From an uncultured candidatus Brocadiaceae bacterium (lineage in GTDB: Bacteria > Planctomycetota > Brocadiia > SM23-32): 64,000 bases of DNA. Of the stretch, positions 54,776 through 64,000 are shown piece by piece (positions within the stretch are counted from its first letter, which is position 1; each line of letters starts with the position of its first letter). Both the position numbers and the translations under genes were made by a program. The notes beneath the pieces are model-generated. The model saw only the letters and a list, made by a program, of their open reading frames with translations. It did not search any database and was not told the DNA's origin. The stretch lies in NCBI GenBank assembly GCA_964510315.1, contig CAZEAP010000010.1, positions 22,201-86,200 of the forward strand, in the 5' to 3' direction.

Positions 54776-55543
54776 ATGGATCTGTTCGACAGCCACGCCC
54801 ACCTGAACGTGCCGGAGTTCCGGGACGATCTGGACGCCGTTCTGCGGCGAGCCGCCGACCTCGGAGTTCGACGCATCCTGTGCGTTGGAATCGACCTGCC
54901 CTCCTCGCGGCGGGCCGTTGAGCTGGCCGCGCGCCGGCCGGAGATGATCTGTGCGGCCGCCGGAATTCATCCCAACAGTTGCTCGGAGGCCGGGCCGGAT
55001 GATTGGGCCGCACTGGCGGAACTGATCGCGCGGCCGGAAGTAGTGGCCGTGGGTGAGACGGGCCTGGACTTCTACCGCGAGCACGCGCCGCGCCCGGCCC
55101 AGATGGAGGGGTTCCGGCGTCACCTGGAACTCGCGGCGCGCCATGGGAAGCCGCTCATCGTGCACGCCCGCAAATCCGACCCCACGCTGCTGGCGTTGCT
55201 CTCCGATGCGCCGGCAGCAACGGCCGGCGTTCGGCACTGCTTCGAGGGGGACAGCGAGGTTGCCCGGAGCTACCTGAATCTGGGGTTCTACGTCTCGCTC
55301 GCGGCGGCCGTCACCCGCCCCGGCTACAAGCGGCTGAAGGCGGCGGTCCGGGAACTGCCGGAGGACCGTCTGCTGGTGGAGACCGACTGCCCGTGGCAGG
55401 TCCCGGCCGGGCGGTCGGAGAAGCGGAACGAGCCCGCCTTCCTGGAGGACGTCGTCCGCGCTGCGGCCGAACTCCGCGGCGAAGAGCCGTCTGGCCTGGC
55501 CGCACGCACGGCGGCCAACGCCGAAGCCCTGTTCGGCCCCTGA
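54776..55543 (+). CDS. tatD: TatD-family metal-dependent hydrolase
   Basis: MDLFDSHAHLN ... GETGLDF ... VETDCPW motifs. Confidence 0.85.
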   Translation: MDLFDSHAHLNVPEFRDDLDAVLRRAADLGVRRILCVGIDLPSSRRAVELAARRPEMICAAAGIHPNSCSEAGPDDWAALAELIARPEVVAVGETGLDFYREHAPRPAQMEGFRRHLELAARHGKPLIVHARKSDPTLLALLSDAPAATAGVRHCFEGDSEVARSYLNLGFYVSLAAAVTRPGYKRLKAAVRELPEDRLLVETDCPWQVPAGRSEKRNEPAFLEDVVRAAAELRGEEPSGLAARTAANAEALFGP

Positions 55544-55668
55544 GGCGGCCCGCTTTTGACCGATGGCCCCTGCTGTGCTAACTTGAGTTTCCCGCCGGGG
55601 GTTCCGCTGTCGTTTCGGCGGGCCCCCTGCGGCGGGCACGCCCTGTAACTTGCCTGAAGAGGAGCATC

Positions 55669-57141
55669 ATGAGCGAGCACTTCGAGAGAGCACGCGTCCG
55701 CGCAGCGCCCTCGCCCACCGGCCCTCCCCACGTGGGGACGGCCTACATTGCACTGTTCGATTACGTCCACGCGCGCCGACACGGGGGCGATTTCGTGCTG
55801 CGGATTGAGGACACCGACCGGAAGCGCTCCACCCGCGAGAGCGAAGAGGCCATCGTCGAGTCCCTCAAATGGCTGGGTCTCCAGTGGGACGAAGGGCCGG
55901 ACTGCGGGGGACCCTACGGTCCATACCGCCAGAGCGAAAGGGGCGATGTTTACAGCCGATATGCGGATCAGCTTCTGGAGAGGGACCATGCCTACCGCTG
56001 TTTCTGCACGCCGGAGCGGCTTGACAGCATGCGCAAGCGCCAGCGCAAGGAGGGAGCGGCCGTCGGCTACGATCGCCGGTGCCGGGGCCTGACCCAAGAG
56101 GAGGCAGCCGCAAACCTGGAGCAGGGAATCCCGTTCACCGTCCGGCTGAAGGTGCCGCTAAAGGGCACGACGAGGTTCCGCGACCGGCTGAGGGGCGATA
56201 TAACCGTTCAGAACACCGAACTCCAGGACCAGATACTGCTCAAAAGCGACGGTCTACCCACCTACCACCTGGCGAACGTGGTGGACGACCACCTGATGAA
56301 GATATCGCACGTGATCCGGGCGGAGGAATGGATCAGTTCCACGCCGCTCCACGTGCTGCTCTACAGCGCTTTCGGGTGGGAGATGCCGGAGTTCATCCAC
56401 ATGCCGCTGCTGCGCAACAAGGACAAAACGAAAATCAGCAAGCGCAAAAACCCGACCTCGCTCCTCTGGTACCGGGAGCAGGGGTTCCTGCCGGAAGCCA
56501 TGCTGAACTTCCTCGCCCTGCTGGGGTGGTCCATCGGCGAGCAGAGGGAAGTGTTTGTCCTGCCGGAGATGATCGAGGAGTTCTCCTGGGATGACGTAAA
56601 GACGACCGGACCGGTGTTCGACCTGGAGAAACTGGAGTGGCTCAACGGAGAACACATCCGGCGGATGCCCGCCGAGGCTCTTCTGCAGCGCATCCTGCGG
56701 CAACCTTATACCCGCCACGTGGACCAGCCGGTCGAGAAGATGCTGGAGATAACCCGGCTCATCCAGGAGCGCATCGAGAGGCTCAGCGAGTTCGACGAGC
56801 AGACCAATTTCTTCTTCGAGCGGGAGGAGTACGACCCCGAGGAACTGGTCCCCCGAAAGCAGGCTCCCGCTTTCCTCGGCCGGGCGCTGGACGGCCTCCT
56901 GGAGGAAATGGCGGCGTGCGAAGGATGGTCGGCCGAGCCGCTCGAAAACATCCTGCAGACACTGGCCGAACGGATGGAGTGCAAACGGGGACCGCTCTAC
57001 ATGATCGTGCGCGTTGCCGTAACCTGCCGACGGGTCAGCACTCCCCTGTTCGAGACGATGGAGATACTCGGCCGGCAGGAGTGCCTGGAGCGCCTCCGGA
57101 TCGCCCGGGAGAAGGCCCGCGGCCTCGCCGGCTCGCCGTAA
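55669..57141 (+). CDS. gltX: Glutamate--tRNA ligase
   Basis: Class-I HIGH (PSPTGPPHVGTA) and KMSKS-like (KISKRK) motifs. Confidence 0.9.
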   Translation: MSEHFERARVRAAPSPTGPPHVGTAYIALFDYVHARRHGGDFVLRIEDTDRKRSTRESEEAIVESLKWLGLQWDEGPDCGGPYGPYRQSERGDVYSRYADQLLERDHAYRCFCTPERLDSMRKRQRKEGAAVGYDRRCRGLTQEEAAANLEQGIPFTVRLKVPLKGTTRFRDRLRGDITVQNTELQDQILLKSDGLPTYHLANVVDDHLMKISHVIRAEEWISSTPLHVLLYSAFGWEMPEFIHMPLLRNKDKTKISKRKNPTSLLWYREQGFLPEAMLNFLALLGWSIGEQREVFVLPEMIEEFSWDDVKTTGPVFDLEKLEWLNGEHIRRMPAEALLQRILRQPYTRHVDQPVEKMLEITRLIQERIERLSEFDEQTNFFFEREEYDPEELVPRKQAPAFLGRALDGLLEEMAACEGWSAEPLENILQTLAERMECKRGPLYMIVRVAVTCRRVSTPLFETMEILGRQECLERLRIAREKARGLAGSP

Positions 57142-57174
57142 GGGAACGGCCGCCTCCGCGGCCGGTCAGTTCCC
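57142..57174 (+). terminator. Candidate stem-loop terminator after gltX
   Basis: gggaac-ggccgc-ctcc-gcggcc-ggtca-gttccc nested perfect stems, directly after the gltX stop. No U-tract follows, which is common in high-GC genomes. Confidence 0.35.
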
Positions 57175-57384
57175 GGGGCTTTCCGGCGGCGCTAAAGTGC
57201 GGAGAGGGGGAGGGATTTTCGGGGCGCCGATGCCGCTTGTCCAATGCGTGTGCCGCGTCCTAAGTGCTTCTCGGCAAGCCGCTTAACGTCGGCCGCCTGC
57301 CTGCCCTTCCAGGCGGTTTTGAATTTGGGGTCCCCTCTGATTTAGCATCACAAATGTATCGGGTACCCACGCCGGGGCAGAATA

Positions 57385-58683
57385 ATGAAGACCGACGTGT
57401 CCCGCTTCCTGCGGGTCGTATTCGGGAACGTCTGGTTCCTGGTGTGCCTGCTCGCCGCAGGTTCCTGCTTCGCACTGGCCCTGCAACTGCTTTTGCGCAT
57501 CCCGCCGCTGGACGGGCCGGCGTTGACGAACCGGGTTGTCTTCGGGGTGCCGGCGCTTTTCGGCGGTCTGGCCGCCCTCTACGGCATGGTGATCACCGCC
57601 GTGGGGAGCGTCCGCACCGACCGGCGCGAACGCCTGCGCGCCCGGCTGCGGGCGGCCCGAAGACGCCTGGGGGAGCTGGAGTCCATCCGGCGCAGCCAGC
57701 GGAGCCGCATCGAAGAACTTTCCACGCTGCGTGAAGTGGCGACCGTTATCAACCAGGAGAGTGACTTCAGCATTATCGCTGAGAAGGTGCTGGAGCTGGT
57801 GGACGGCCTGCTGGAGCCGCTGAGCACAACCCTCCTTCTCCGTACCGGAGACCAGGGCAAGGCAAAGGCATTCGCGCACTATGCGGAGGGAACCTGTCGG
57901 AGCGGCAGGCGTGTGCGCTCGGTGTCTATCCCGCAGATCAGTCTCTCGGCGTTTGAGAGTCACAGCCTCATATGTCGCCTCCGCAATGGTAAGCTCCAGG
58001 CGCTGGTGCCCCTGAAGGTGCAGGAAAGAATCCTGGGGGCCCTCCTGTGGATCTTCCCTGCCGACCCCTCGGAGGGGGTGGAGCAGGTGGACCATTTCAG
58101 CCGGACGCACCGTCGGGTGCTGCTGGAGATCTGTCGGCACATCAGCCTGGCGGTCAAGACCAAGTACCTCCACACCAGGGCGGTGGTGGACGGACTGACC
58201 GGCCTCTACTCGCGGAGCCACTTCGACCGCCGGCTGAAGGCGGCCCTGGACTTCGCCCGCCGGAACGGGGAGCCCTTCTCGCTCGTGCTGGTGGACATCG
58301 ATCATTTCAAGCACATCAACGACCGGCACGGACACGCCAGCGGGGACCTGGTGCTGAACCGGCTGGCCGGGCGCATCCAGCGCATCCTGCGCAAATACGA
58401 CACGGCCTACCGTTACGGGGGCGAGGAGATAGCGGTTCTGCTGCCGGGCACGAACACGCGCCAGGCCGTCGAGATCGCAGAACGCCTCCGCAACACCGTC
58501 GGCAGCCAGAGGTTCCGGGGCAATGACGGGCAGCTCATCGAGGTGACGATCAGCCTGGGGGTGGCTCAGTTCGAGTCGGACGACGACGGAGCCTCGATCT
58601 TCGAAAGGGCCGACAAGCGGCTCTACCGCGCGAAGCGGAACGGGCGTGACCGGGTGGTGCCGACCCCCGCCGCAGCCGCGTGA
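57385..58683 (+). CDS. Membrane-anchored GAF-like / GGDEF diguanylate cyclase
   Basis: N-terminal TM helices, a coiled-coil, a sensory region and a C-terminal GGDEF (RYGGEEI). Confidence 0.8.
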   Translation: MKTDVSRFLRVVFGNVWFLVCLLAAGSCFALALQLLLRIPPLDGPALTNRVVFGVPALFGGLAALYGMVITAVGSVRTDRRERLRARLRAARRRLGELESIRRSQRSRIEELSTLREVATVINQESDFSIIAEKVLELVDGLLEPLSTTLLLRTGDQGKAKAFAHYAEGTCRSGRRVRSVSIPQISLSAFESHSLICRLRNGKLQALVPLKVQERILGALLWIFPADPSEGVEQVDHFSRTHRRVLLEICRHISLAVKTKYLHTRAVVDGLTGLYSRSHFDRRLKAALDFARRNGEPFSLVLVDIDHFKHINDRHGHASGDLVLNRLAGRIQRILRKYDTAYRYGGEEIAVLLPGTNTRQAVEIAERLRNTVGSQRFRGNDGQLIEVTISLGVAQFESDDDGASIFERADKRLYRAKRNGRDRVVPTPAAAA

Positions 58684-58698
58684 TCCCCGCCCCGCCGC

Positions 58699-59709
58699 TC
58701 ACAGCAGGCCGGCGGTTTCCTCCAGCCCGAACATGACGTTCATGTTCTGGACGGCCTGCGAGGCGGCCCCCTTCATCAAGTTGTCGATGGCCGTGGTGAC
58801 GATCAGCCTGTCACCCCGGAGGACCGCCGCAATGTCGCAATAGTTGGTGAAGCTGACCGCCTTTGTCCGCGGCTGTTCGGCTGCGGTCCGCACGCGCACG
58901 AACGGCTCCCCCGCGTAGAAGTCTTCGAGGACCTCCCGCAGCCCCGCCTCGCTCACCACTTTGGCAGCCGGGGCGAAGGTGGTTGCCAGGATGCCGCGGT
59001 CCATGGGGACGAGATGGGGAACGAAGGTGACGGTCGCCCCTTCGCCCCCGGCAAGCCCCAGAGCGTACTCCATCTCCGGCTGGTGGCGGTGGCCGGTGAC
59101 GCTGTAGGCACGGACGTCCTCGTTGCACTCGCAGTACATGGAGCCGACGTCGGGCTTGTTGCCCCGGCCGCTCACGCCGCTCTTGGCGTCCACCACGACG
59201 CCCTCCGCCCGGGCCAGCCCCTCGCGCAGGAACGGAGCGAGTCCCAGCACCACCCCGGTGGGGTAGCAGCCGGGGTTGGCCACCAGGTCGGCCTCCGCGA
59301 TCGAATCTCTGAACAGCTCGGGCAGGCCGTACACGCCCCGAGCCAGGTTCCCGGGGTCACCGTGCGCGCCGTACCATTCCTCATAGACCTCCAGGTCGCC
59401 GAGGCGGTAGTCGGCGCTGAAGTCAATGCAGCGCACGCCCGCTGCCAGGTATTGCGGAACGTAACCGTGTGCCACACCGTGCGGGAGGGTGAAGAAGGCG
59501 ACTTCGGGGGGCTCCGGTCCGTCCTCGACGTGCAGACCGGAAAGCCGCATGTCGCAGATGCCTGCGAGTTCGCCGAATATGTCGGATATAGGCGGGTTCC
59601 CCTCGCGCCGGCCCCCCAGGTGGACGATCTCCGCCTCCGGGTGAGGGGCGAGTAGCTTGATCAGTTCTCGGCTGGTATAGGCCGTGGCCCCGACAATGCT
59701 AACTTTCAT
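58699..59709 (-). CDS. argC: N-acetyl-gamma-glutamyl-phosphate reductase
   Basis: MKVSIVGATAYTSREL and catalytic-Cys region PGCYPT. ATG at 59709 with GGGAG RBS. The track ORF carries a spurious 117-aa extension. Confidence 0.9.
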   Translation of the reverse strand: MKVSIVGATAYTSRELIKLLAPHPEAEIVHLGGRREGNPPISDIFGELAGICDMRLSGLHVEDGPEPPEVAFFTLPHGVAHGYVPQYLAAGVRCIDFSADYRLGDLEVYEEWYGAHGDPGNLARGVYGLPELFRDSIAEADLVANPGCYPTGVVLGLAPFLREGLARAEGVVVDAKSGVSGRGNKPDVGSMYCECNEDVRAYSVTGHRHQPEMEYALGLAGGEGATVTFVPHLVPMDRGILATTFAPAAKVVSEAGLREVLEDFYAGEPFVRVRTAAEQPRTKAVSFTNYCDIAAVLRGDRLIVTTAIDNLMKGAASQAVQNMNVMFGLEETAGLL

Positions 59710-61249
59710 CTTTTTGTGCTCCCGCTTTCCAGTTTGTGCGATCCCAGCCCTGATAGAAGTCCGCCAGCGCCGGGCCGACGAGGCGATAGTGCTCGTAGAG
59801 CTTCTCGTATTGGTCGGCCGCTTCCGACGGCTCCACCAGTTCGGCCTCGGCGGGGAGTTGTTTCTCTCCATCTCGGATGGAATCGAAGCGACCGGCACCG
59901 GTCCATGCGGCCACGGCGGCGCCGACAGCCGTGGCTTCGGCGCGCCCGCTGACGGCCAGGGGCAGACCGCAAACGTCGGCCCGCAGTTGGTTCCACAGGG
60001 GGTTGCGTGAGCCGCCCCCGACCACCCGGAGCCGCTCGGGGCGGAACTCGATGGCCTCAATCAGAATCTCCAGCGCGTCGCGCAACTGAAAACACAGCCC
60101 TTCCAGCGCGGCCCGGTAGACATTGGCCCGCCCGGTGTTCAGCCCGAGACCCAACAGGGTCCCCTCCGTCCCGTACCTGCGGGACGGCCCGGTGTCCGAT
60201 ACCAGGCTGGGGGCCATCATCAGACCTCCGGCGCCCGGCTGGACCCGGCGGGCTTCGCCGATCATGGTGCGGTAGGCTTCCTGCCGGTCCTCCAGTCCCG
60301 GATAAAAGTTCTCCCGCACCCACTCCAGGGCGCCCGATCCCATCATCAGAAGCTGGGGGTTATACAGGCCACGCGCGGCGTCCGCCTCGGTCAGGACGCC
60401 GCCCTCGAAGGCGCGATCCCCGTCGACCGGGGCGGGCGCCCTGAGCATGGCGATCTCCCAGGTCCCCGTGCTGAGAACGGCTTCCCGCGGCATCGCCCCG
60501 CTGCCCACGGCGGCGAACTGAGTGTCGTGCCCGGCTGCCGCAACAGGAGTGCCCTCCCGGAGGCCCGTCTCCCGGGCCGCCTCGGCGGTCAGCTCGCCGA
60601 TCTTCTCGCCCGGATACACGAGGGGCGGGAAGAATGATTCCGTCACGCCCACCGCCCCGAGCAGCTCTTCCGACCACGTGCGCTCCGCCAGGTCGAGCAT
60701 CATCATCGTCGAGGCGCTCGTGATGTCCAGGCTTCTGTTGCCGGTCAAAAGGAAGCTGAGCAGTCCGGGCATCATCAGCCACCTGTCGGCTCCGTCGAGG
60801 GCCTCCGGGTGGTTTTGCCGCAGCCAGGCCAGTTTGAACAACGTGTTAAACCGGATCACCTGGTAGCCGGTAATGCTGAAGAGGCGACGCGGGCCGATCC
60901 GTTCGGAAAGGCCTCGTGCGACCTCCGTTGTGCGGGGGCATTGCCAGGCGATGGGCGGATACGTCAGGCTGCCGTCGGCCCTCACCGGAGCACCGTCCGC
61001 GCCCCAGGTGGTGACGGCCACGGCCTGCACGGCGCCGGCACTCACCTGCCCGACCACCTCCCTGCAGCCGGCGCAGACGCGCCGCCACAGCCCCTCCGGG
61101 TCCCAGACCAGCCAGTCCTCCCGGCCGCCGGGCTGGGGAACGGGCGCGTTGGGCCGGGAGGCGGCGCAGATCAGCTCGCCGCTTTCAGTCAGCGCCGCAA
61201 CGTTGATATTGGTGGCACCGCAGTCCGCCACCAGGACGACTTCTTTCAC
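59699..61249 (-). CDS. FGGY-family carbohydrate kinase (fuculo/rhamnulokinase-like)
   Basis: LVADCGATNINVA N-terminus, AAGHDTQFA and GGGSRNPLWNQLRADV FGGY signatures. Confidence 0.8.
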   Translation of the reverse strand: MKEVVLVADCGATNINVAALTESGELICAASRPNAPVPQPGGREDWLVWDPEGLWRRVCAGCREVVGQVSAGAVQAVAVTTWGADGAPVRADGSLTYPPIAWQCPRTTEVARGLSERIGPRRLFSITGYQVIRFNTLFKLAWLRQNHPEALDGADRWLMMPGLLSFLLTGNRSLDITSASTMMMLDLAERTWSEELLGAVGVTESFFPPLVYPGEKIGELTAEAARETGLREGTPVAAAGHDTQFAAVGSGAMPREAVLSTGTWEIAMLRAPAPVDGDRAFEGGVLTEADAARGLYNPQLLMMGSGALEWVRENFYPGLEDRQEAYRTMIGEARRVQPGAGGLMMAPSLVSDTGPSRRYGTEGTLLGLGLNTGRANVYRAALEGLCFQLRDALEILIEAIEFRPERLRVVGGGSRNPLWNQLRADVCGLPLAVSGRAEATAVGAAVAAWTGAGRFDSIRDGEKQLPAEAELVEPSEAADQYEKLYEHYRLVGPALADFYQGWDRTNWKAGAQKDES

Positions 61250-62007
61250 GCCTTCTCACCCCTGCCGGAGAAACCGAACGGAGCACACATTATAAAACGA
61301 GACCGTGCCGCTGCAATCGCCCACATGTCCGAGTTGCTCCCACTTTTGATCGCCGGCCTCTCCACTCGCCCCACCCTTTGCGCCACGGTACGCGTTTACC
61401 GTGGACGCTTTGGGAGTTGTGCCTGTTCGACAGCGGCAATCGGCCGTCGCCACGCGGTCCACTGCTCGGCATCCGGCCGCCGGGCTCTATAAGAGCCCGA
61501 CATACCAGCCCAGGGCGCAGCCCTGGGAGAAATCGGCAATAAACCAACGAGCCCTGGAAGGGCGTGACATATTCGTTCAGGTTGACAGACATCTCGCCAT
61601 GTACCGGACGAGGCCTGGCTGCCCCGCGTATGTCTCGCCCCTACAGGGCTCAACCATTTTGGAGGCACGCCCAGGTCCCCAGGGCTACGCCCCGGGCTGG
61701 TATGTAACGCCCCTGCGGGGCTGCGGCGTGCCGTGTGCAGGAGGCGGCGCACTCCCTCGAAAGCTGCTCAATCGATGATCCGCGAAACGGCAAAGCCGCC
61801 GATTTGGACCCTTGCTGTCGCTCGGCACGGTAAACGCGTACGCGCCACGGTCTGGAGGGTCCTGGCGGGGGCCGGACGGGGAGCCCGCAAAACCGCGGCT
61901 ACCCAGCCCCAAAAAGGGCCGGCGGCCCGTGAGGTTGGCGAGCCGGCGGGCATGAAGTAGAATGAACGGCGTCTCGTCCCCTCATTCCCCAGGAAAACGA
62001 GGAGTGT

Positions 62008-63405
62008 ATGACCGGACAACACGATTACGACGTGGCCGTCATCGGCAGCGGTCCGGCCGGCTACGTGGCCGGCATAAGAGCCTCCCAGTTGGGTGCGCGA
62101 ACCTGTGTGATAGAGAAAGGGCCGCTGGGGGGCGTCTGCACCAACGTGGGCTGTATCCCCACGAAGGTCCTCTGGGAGTCAGCGCGGATGGCCCTGCGCC
62201 TGGAGCGGGCCGAGGAGTTCGGTTTCCGGGTGGAGAACCCCCGCCCCGACTGGGCGGTGGTCGGCAAGCGCCGGGACAGCATCGTCCGGACCCTGCGTGG
62301 GGGCATCGATTCGCTGCTCTCGGGCAACGACGTTGAGCTTCTGCGGGGAGAGGCCGCCTTCCTGGACTCCCACACGCTGCAGGTCGCCGAGGAAGACGAA
62401 ACCCGTCGCATAAGCGCCGAGAAGATCATGATCGCCACCGGCTCAAAGCCGGTGGAGCTGCCGGAGCTGCCTTTCGACCACGAGGCGATCATCGACAGCT
62501 CGGACGCCGTCAGCGCGGACGAACTCCCCGATTCGGTCATCGTGATCGGCGGCGGCTACATCGGGTTGGAGTTCGGCTGCATCTACTCGGCCAACGGCGT
62601 GGAGCTGCACATCGTCGAGGCACTGGACCGCCTGCTACCGGCCGTAGACGCCGACTGCGCGCGTGAAGTTGCCAAAACCGTCAAGAAGCGCGGGGCCGGC
62701 ATACACACGGGGGTCACCGCCGAAGAGGTCGAGACCACAGGAGACGGCGTTCAAGCCAAACTGTCGGACGGCACAGAGCTGAGCGCGGAGAAGATGCTGG
62801 TCTGCGTGGGGCGTCGCCCGGACTGCGAGGGGCTCCGCATCGAAGAGGCCGGCCTGGAGCCCGACGAATCCGGCGCGGTCGCCGTCAATTCCCATCTGCA
62901 GACAGAACAGCCCCACATCTATGCCATCGGAGACGTGAACGGCCGTGCGATGCTGGCCCACGTCGGCAGCCACGAGGCGATGGTCGCCGCCGCCCACGCC
63001 ACCGGCTCCCTCAGCGCGGAGATGGACTACCGGGTCGTGCCAGCCTGCGTGTTTGTCCAGCCGGAAATCGCCACGGTGGGGCTGACCGAAGAGGAAGCCG
63101 ACAAAGAGTTCGACGACCTGATCGTGAAGAAGTTCCCCTTCCGCGCCCTGGGCAAGGCTCACGTCCTCGGGGAAACCGAGGGAATGGTGAAGATGGTCTG
63201 CGACGCGGAAACCGGGGAGGTCCTCGGAGTCCACATGGCCGGCCCGCACGCCAGCGTGATGCTGGGGGAGGCCGCGCTGGCCCTGGGAATGGAGTGCACG
63301 GCCCAGGAGATAGCCGAGACCATTCATACCCATCCCACGCTGCCGGAAGCCCTTAAGGAAGCCGCCGAGGGTGCGGCGGGCATGCCGATCAACTGGAGGG
63401 GTTGA
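62008..63405 (+). CDS. lpdA: Dihydrolipoyl dehydrogenase
   Basis: DVAVIGSGPAGY FAD motif, redox disulfide GGVCTNVGCIPTK and a C-terminal dimerisation domain. Confidence 0.9.
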   Translation: MTGQHDYDVAVIGSGPAGYVAGIRASQLGARTCVIEKGPLGGVCTNVGCIPTKVLWESARMALRLERAEEFGFRVENPRPDWAVVGKRRDSIVRTLRGGIDSLLSGNDVELLRGEAAFLDSHTLQVAEEDETRRISAEKIMIATGSKPVELPELPFDHEAIIDSSDAVSADELPDSVIVIGGGYIGLEFGCIYSANGVELHIVEALDRLLPAVDADCAREVAKTVKKRGAGIHTGVTAEEVETTGDGVQAKLSDGTELSAEKMLVCVGRRPDCEGLRIEEAGLEPDESGAVAVNSHLQTEQPHIYAIGDVNGRAMLAHVGSHEAMVAAAHATGSLSAEMDYRVVPACVFVQPEIATVGLTEEEADKEFDDLIVKKFPFRALGKAHVLGETEGMVKMVCDAETGEVLGVHMAGPHASVMLGEAALALGMECTAQEIAETIHTHPTLPEALKEAAEGAAGMPINWRG

Positions 63406-63409
63406 TCCG

Positions 63410-64000
63410 GTGTCTGACGAGTACACCAGCGTAGTGACGGGCGTCTCTTCACCCGAACTCCGGGTGATCGGGCCGGAGGAGATCGAGTTCCCCCGGGCCT
63501 TGCGGCGGCAGAAGGAGCTTCGGGACCGGTGCATACGCTTCGGTGGCCGGCCCAATTTCCTGCTGCTCTGCCATCACCCGCCGGTCATCACCGTCGGCCG
63601 GTCGGGCGACGGGTCCGCGGTCCTCGCGGCGGACGAGGAGCTTGCCGCCCGTGGCGTTGAGGTGGCCGAGACGAACCGCGGCGGGGAGGTCACCTTCCAC
63701 GGTCCGGGTCAACTGGTGGCCTATCCCATCATTGACCTGCACGGGCGGGGCAAAGACCTTCACCGCTACCTGCGCGACCTGGAGGGTTGGCTGGTGCGGC
63801 TGTGTCGCAGCTACGGAGTGAACGCCCACGCCGATTCCCCTCACACGGGCGTGTGGGTGGAGGACCGAAAGCTGGCCTCCATCGGCATCGCCGTGCGGCG
63901 GTGGGTGACCTATCACGGCATCGCACTGAACGTTTCGACAAACCTTTCATGGTTCGACCTGATTGTGCCCTGCGGCCTGAAGGACGTCCGGATGACCTCT
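63410..64000 (+). CDS. lipB: Lipoyl(octanoyl) transferase (partial, runs off window end)
   Basis: My translation from GTG 63410 gives ...NRGGEVTFHGPGQLVAYPIIDL...HTGVWVEDRKLASIGIAVRRWVTYHGIALNV...PCGL, which are LipB signatures. GGAGGG RBS 9 nt upstream, 5 nt after the lpdA stop. Not in the ORF track because no stop lies in the window. Confidence 0.8.
   Translation, partial: MSDEYTSVVTGVSSPELRVIGPEEIEFPRALRRQKELRDRCIRFGGRPNFLLLCHHPPVITVGRSGDGSAVLAADEELAARGVEVAETNRGGEVTFHGPGQLVAYPIIDLHGRGKDLHRYLRDLEGWLVRLCRSYGVNAHADSPHTGVWVEDRKLASIGIAVRRWVTYHGIALNVSTNLSWFDLIVPCGLKDVRMTS

Noticed and set aside
53426-55543. 705-aa + strand ORF
   Set aside because: Only the last 256 codons (from ATG 54776) form the TatD hydrolase; the upstream part is antisense to galT and glgA.
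1-64000. CRISPR arrays, rRNA, and intact mobile elements
   Set aside because: No regularly spaced direct repeats, no rRNA-like conserved stretches and no intact transposase or integrase genes were seen.

Overview
This 64 kb window is about 68-70% GC and densely coding. It looks like a bacterial chromosome segment; features such as the GH57/DUF4912 glycogen genes, the YfhO/GT-C membrane glycosyltransferases, the DUF1593 protein and the membrane-spermidine-synthase-TPR fusion are compatible with a PVC/Planctomycetota-like or similar high-GC lineage, but I cannot assign a taxon from sequence alone. All gene calls below come from reading the six-frame ORF track plus my own translation of regions the track misses, using motif-level recognition from memory. 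No database search was run.

Housekeeping genes recognised:
- lysA, radA, a phosphofructokinase, panB, apgM-type phosphoglycerate mutase, hom, galT, tatD, gltX, argC, lpdA and lipB (partial, GTG start, runs off the window end).
- Three tRNAs: tRNA-Gln(CTG) and tRNA-Glu(CTC) in tandem, and tRNA-Val(CAC) with a textbook sigma70 promoter just upstream.

Accessory content:
- A sugar module (positions 4423-7765): GH130 phosphorylase, Gfo/Idh/MocA oxidoreductase and PfkB kinase, with a second GH130 at 27090-28298.
- A lipid-carrier glycosylation cluster (13.7-22.7 kb): GtrB/ArnC-like GT2, GT4, AlkP-type phosphodiesterase, flippase-like UPF0104 protein, ArnT/PMT-like GT-C and a YfhO-like protein.
- A glycogen operon with a hybrid histidine kinase and a CheY-like regulator inserted between glgA and glgC, followed by DUF4912 and a GH57 branching enzyme.
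- Two GGDEF diguanylate cyclases.

The most interesting locus is downstream of tRNA-Val, 28.6-40 kb. It holds several decayed genes:
- a NiFe-hydrogenase large-subunit C-terminal fragment;
- an msrA 3' fragment;
- an internally deleted aldo/keto reductase;
- a truncated DUF1593 gene;
- a possible transposase N-terminal remnant.

Embedded among them is a two-gene cassette that I consider a candidate undescribed nucleotide-signalling or conflict module:
- an 859-aa protein with a RelA/SpoT alarmone-synthetase domain, TPR region, LOG/SLOG-like Rossmann domain and a C-terminal RyR domain;
- co-oriented 37 nt downstream, a DUF4062 domain fused to an NDP-sugar pyrophosphorylase with a left-handed beta-helix tail.

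A conserved ~60-100 nt non-coding element occurs twice (9.4 kb and 23.3 kb), each about 280 nt upstream of a + strand gene.

The ORF track accepts GTG/TTG starts, and several long ORFs in it are GC-rich antisense or run-on frames that I rejected.
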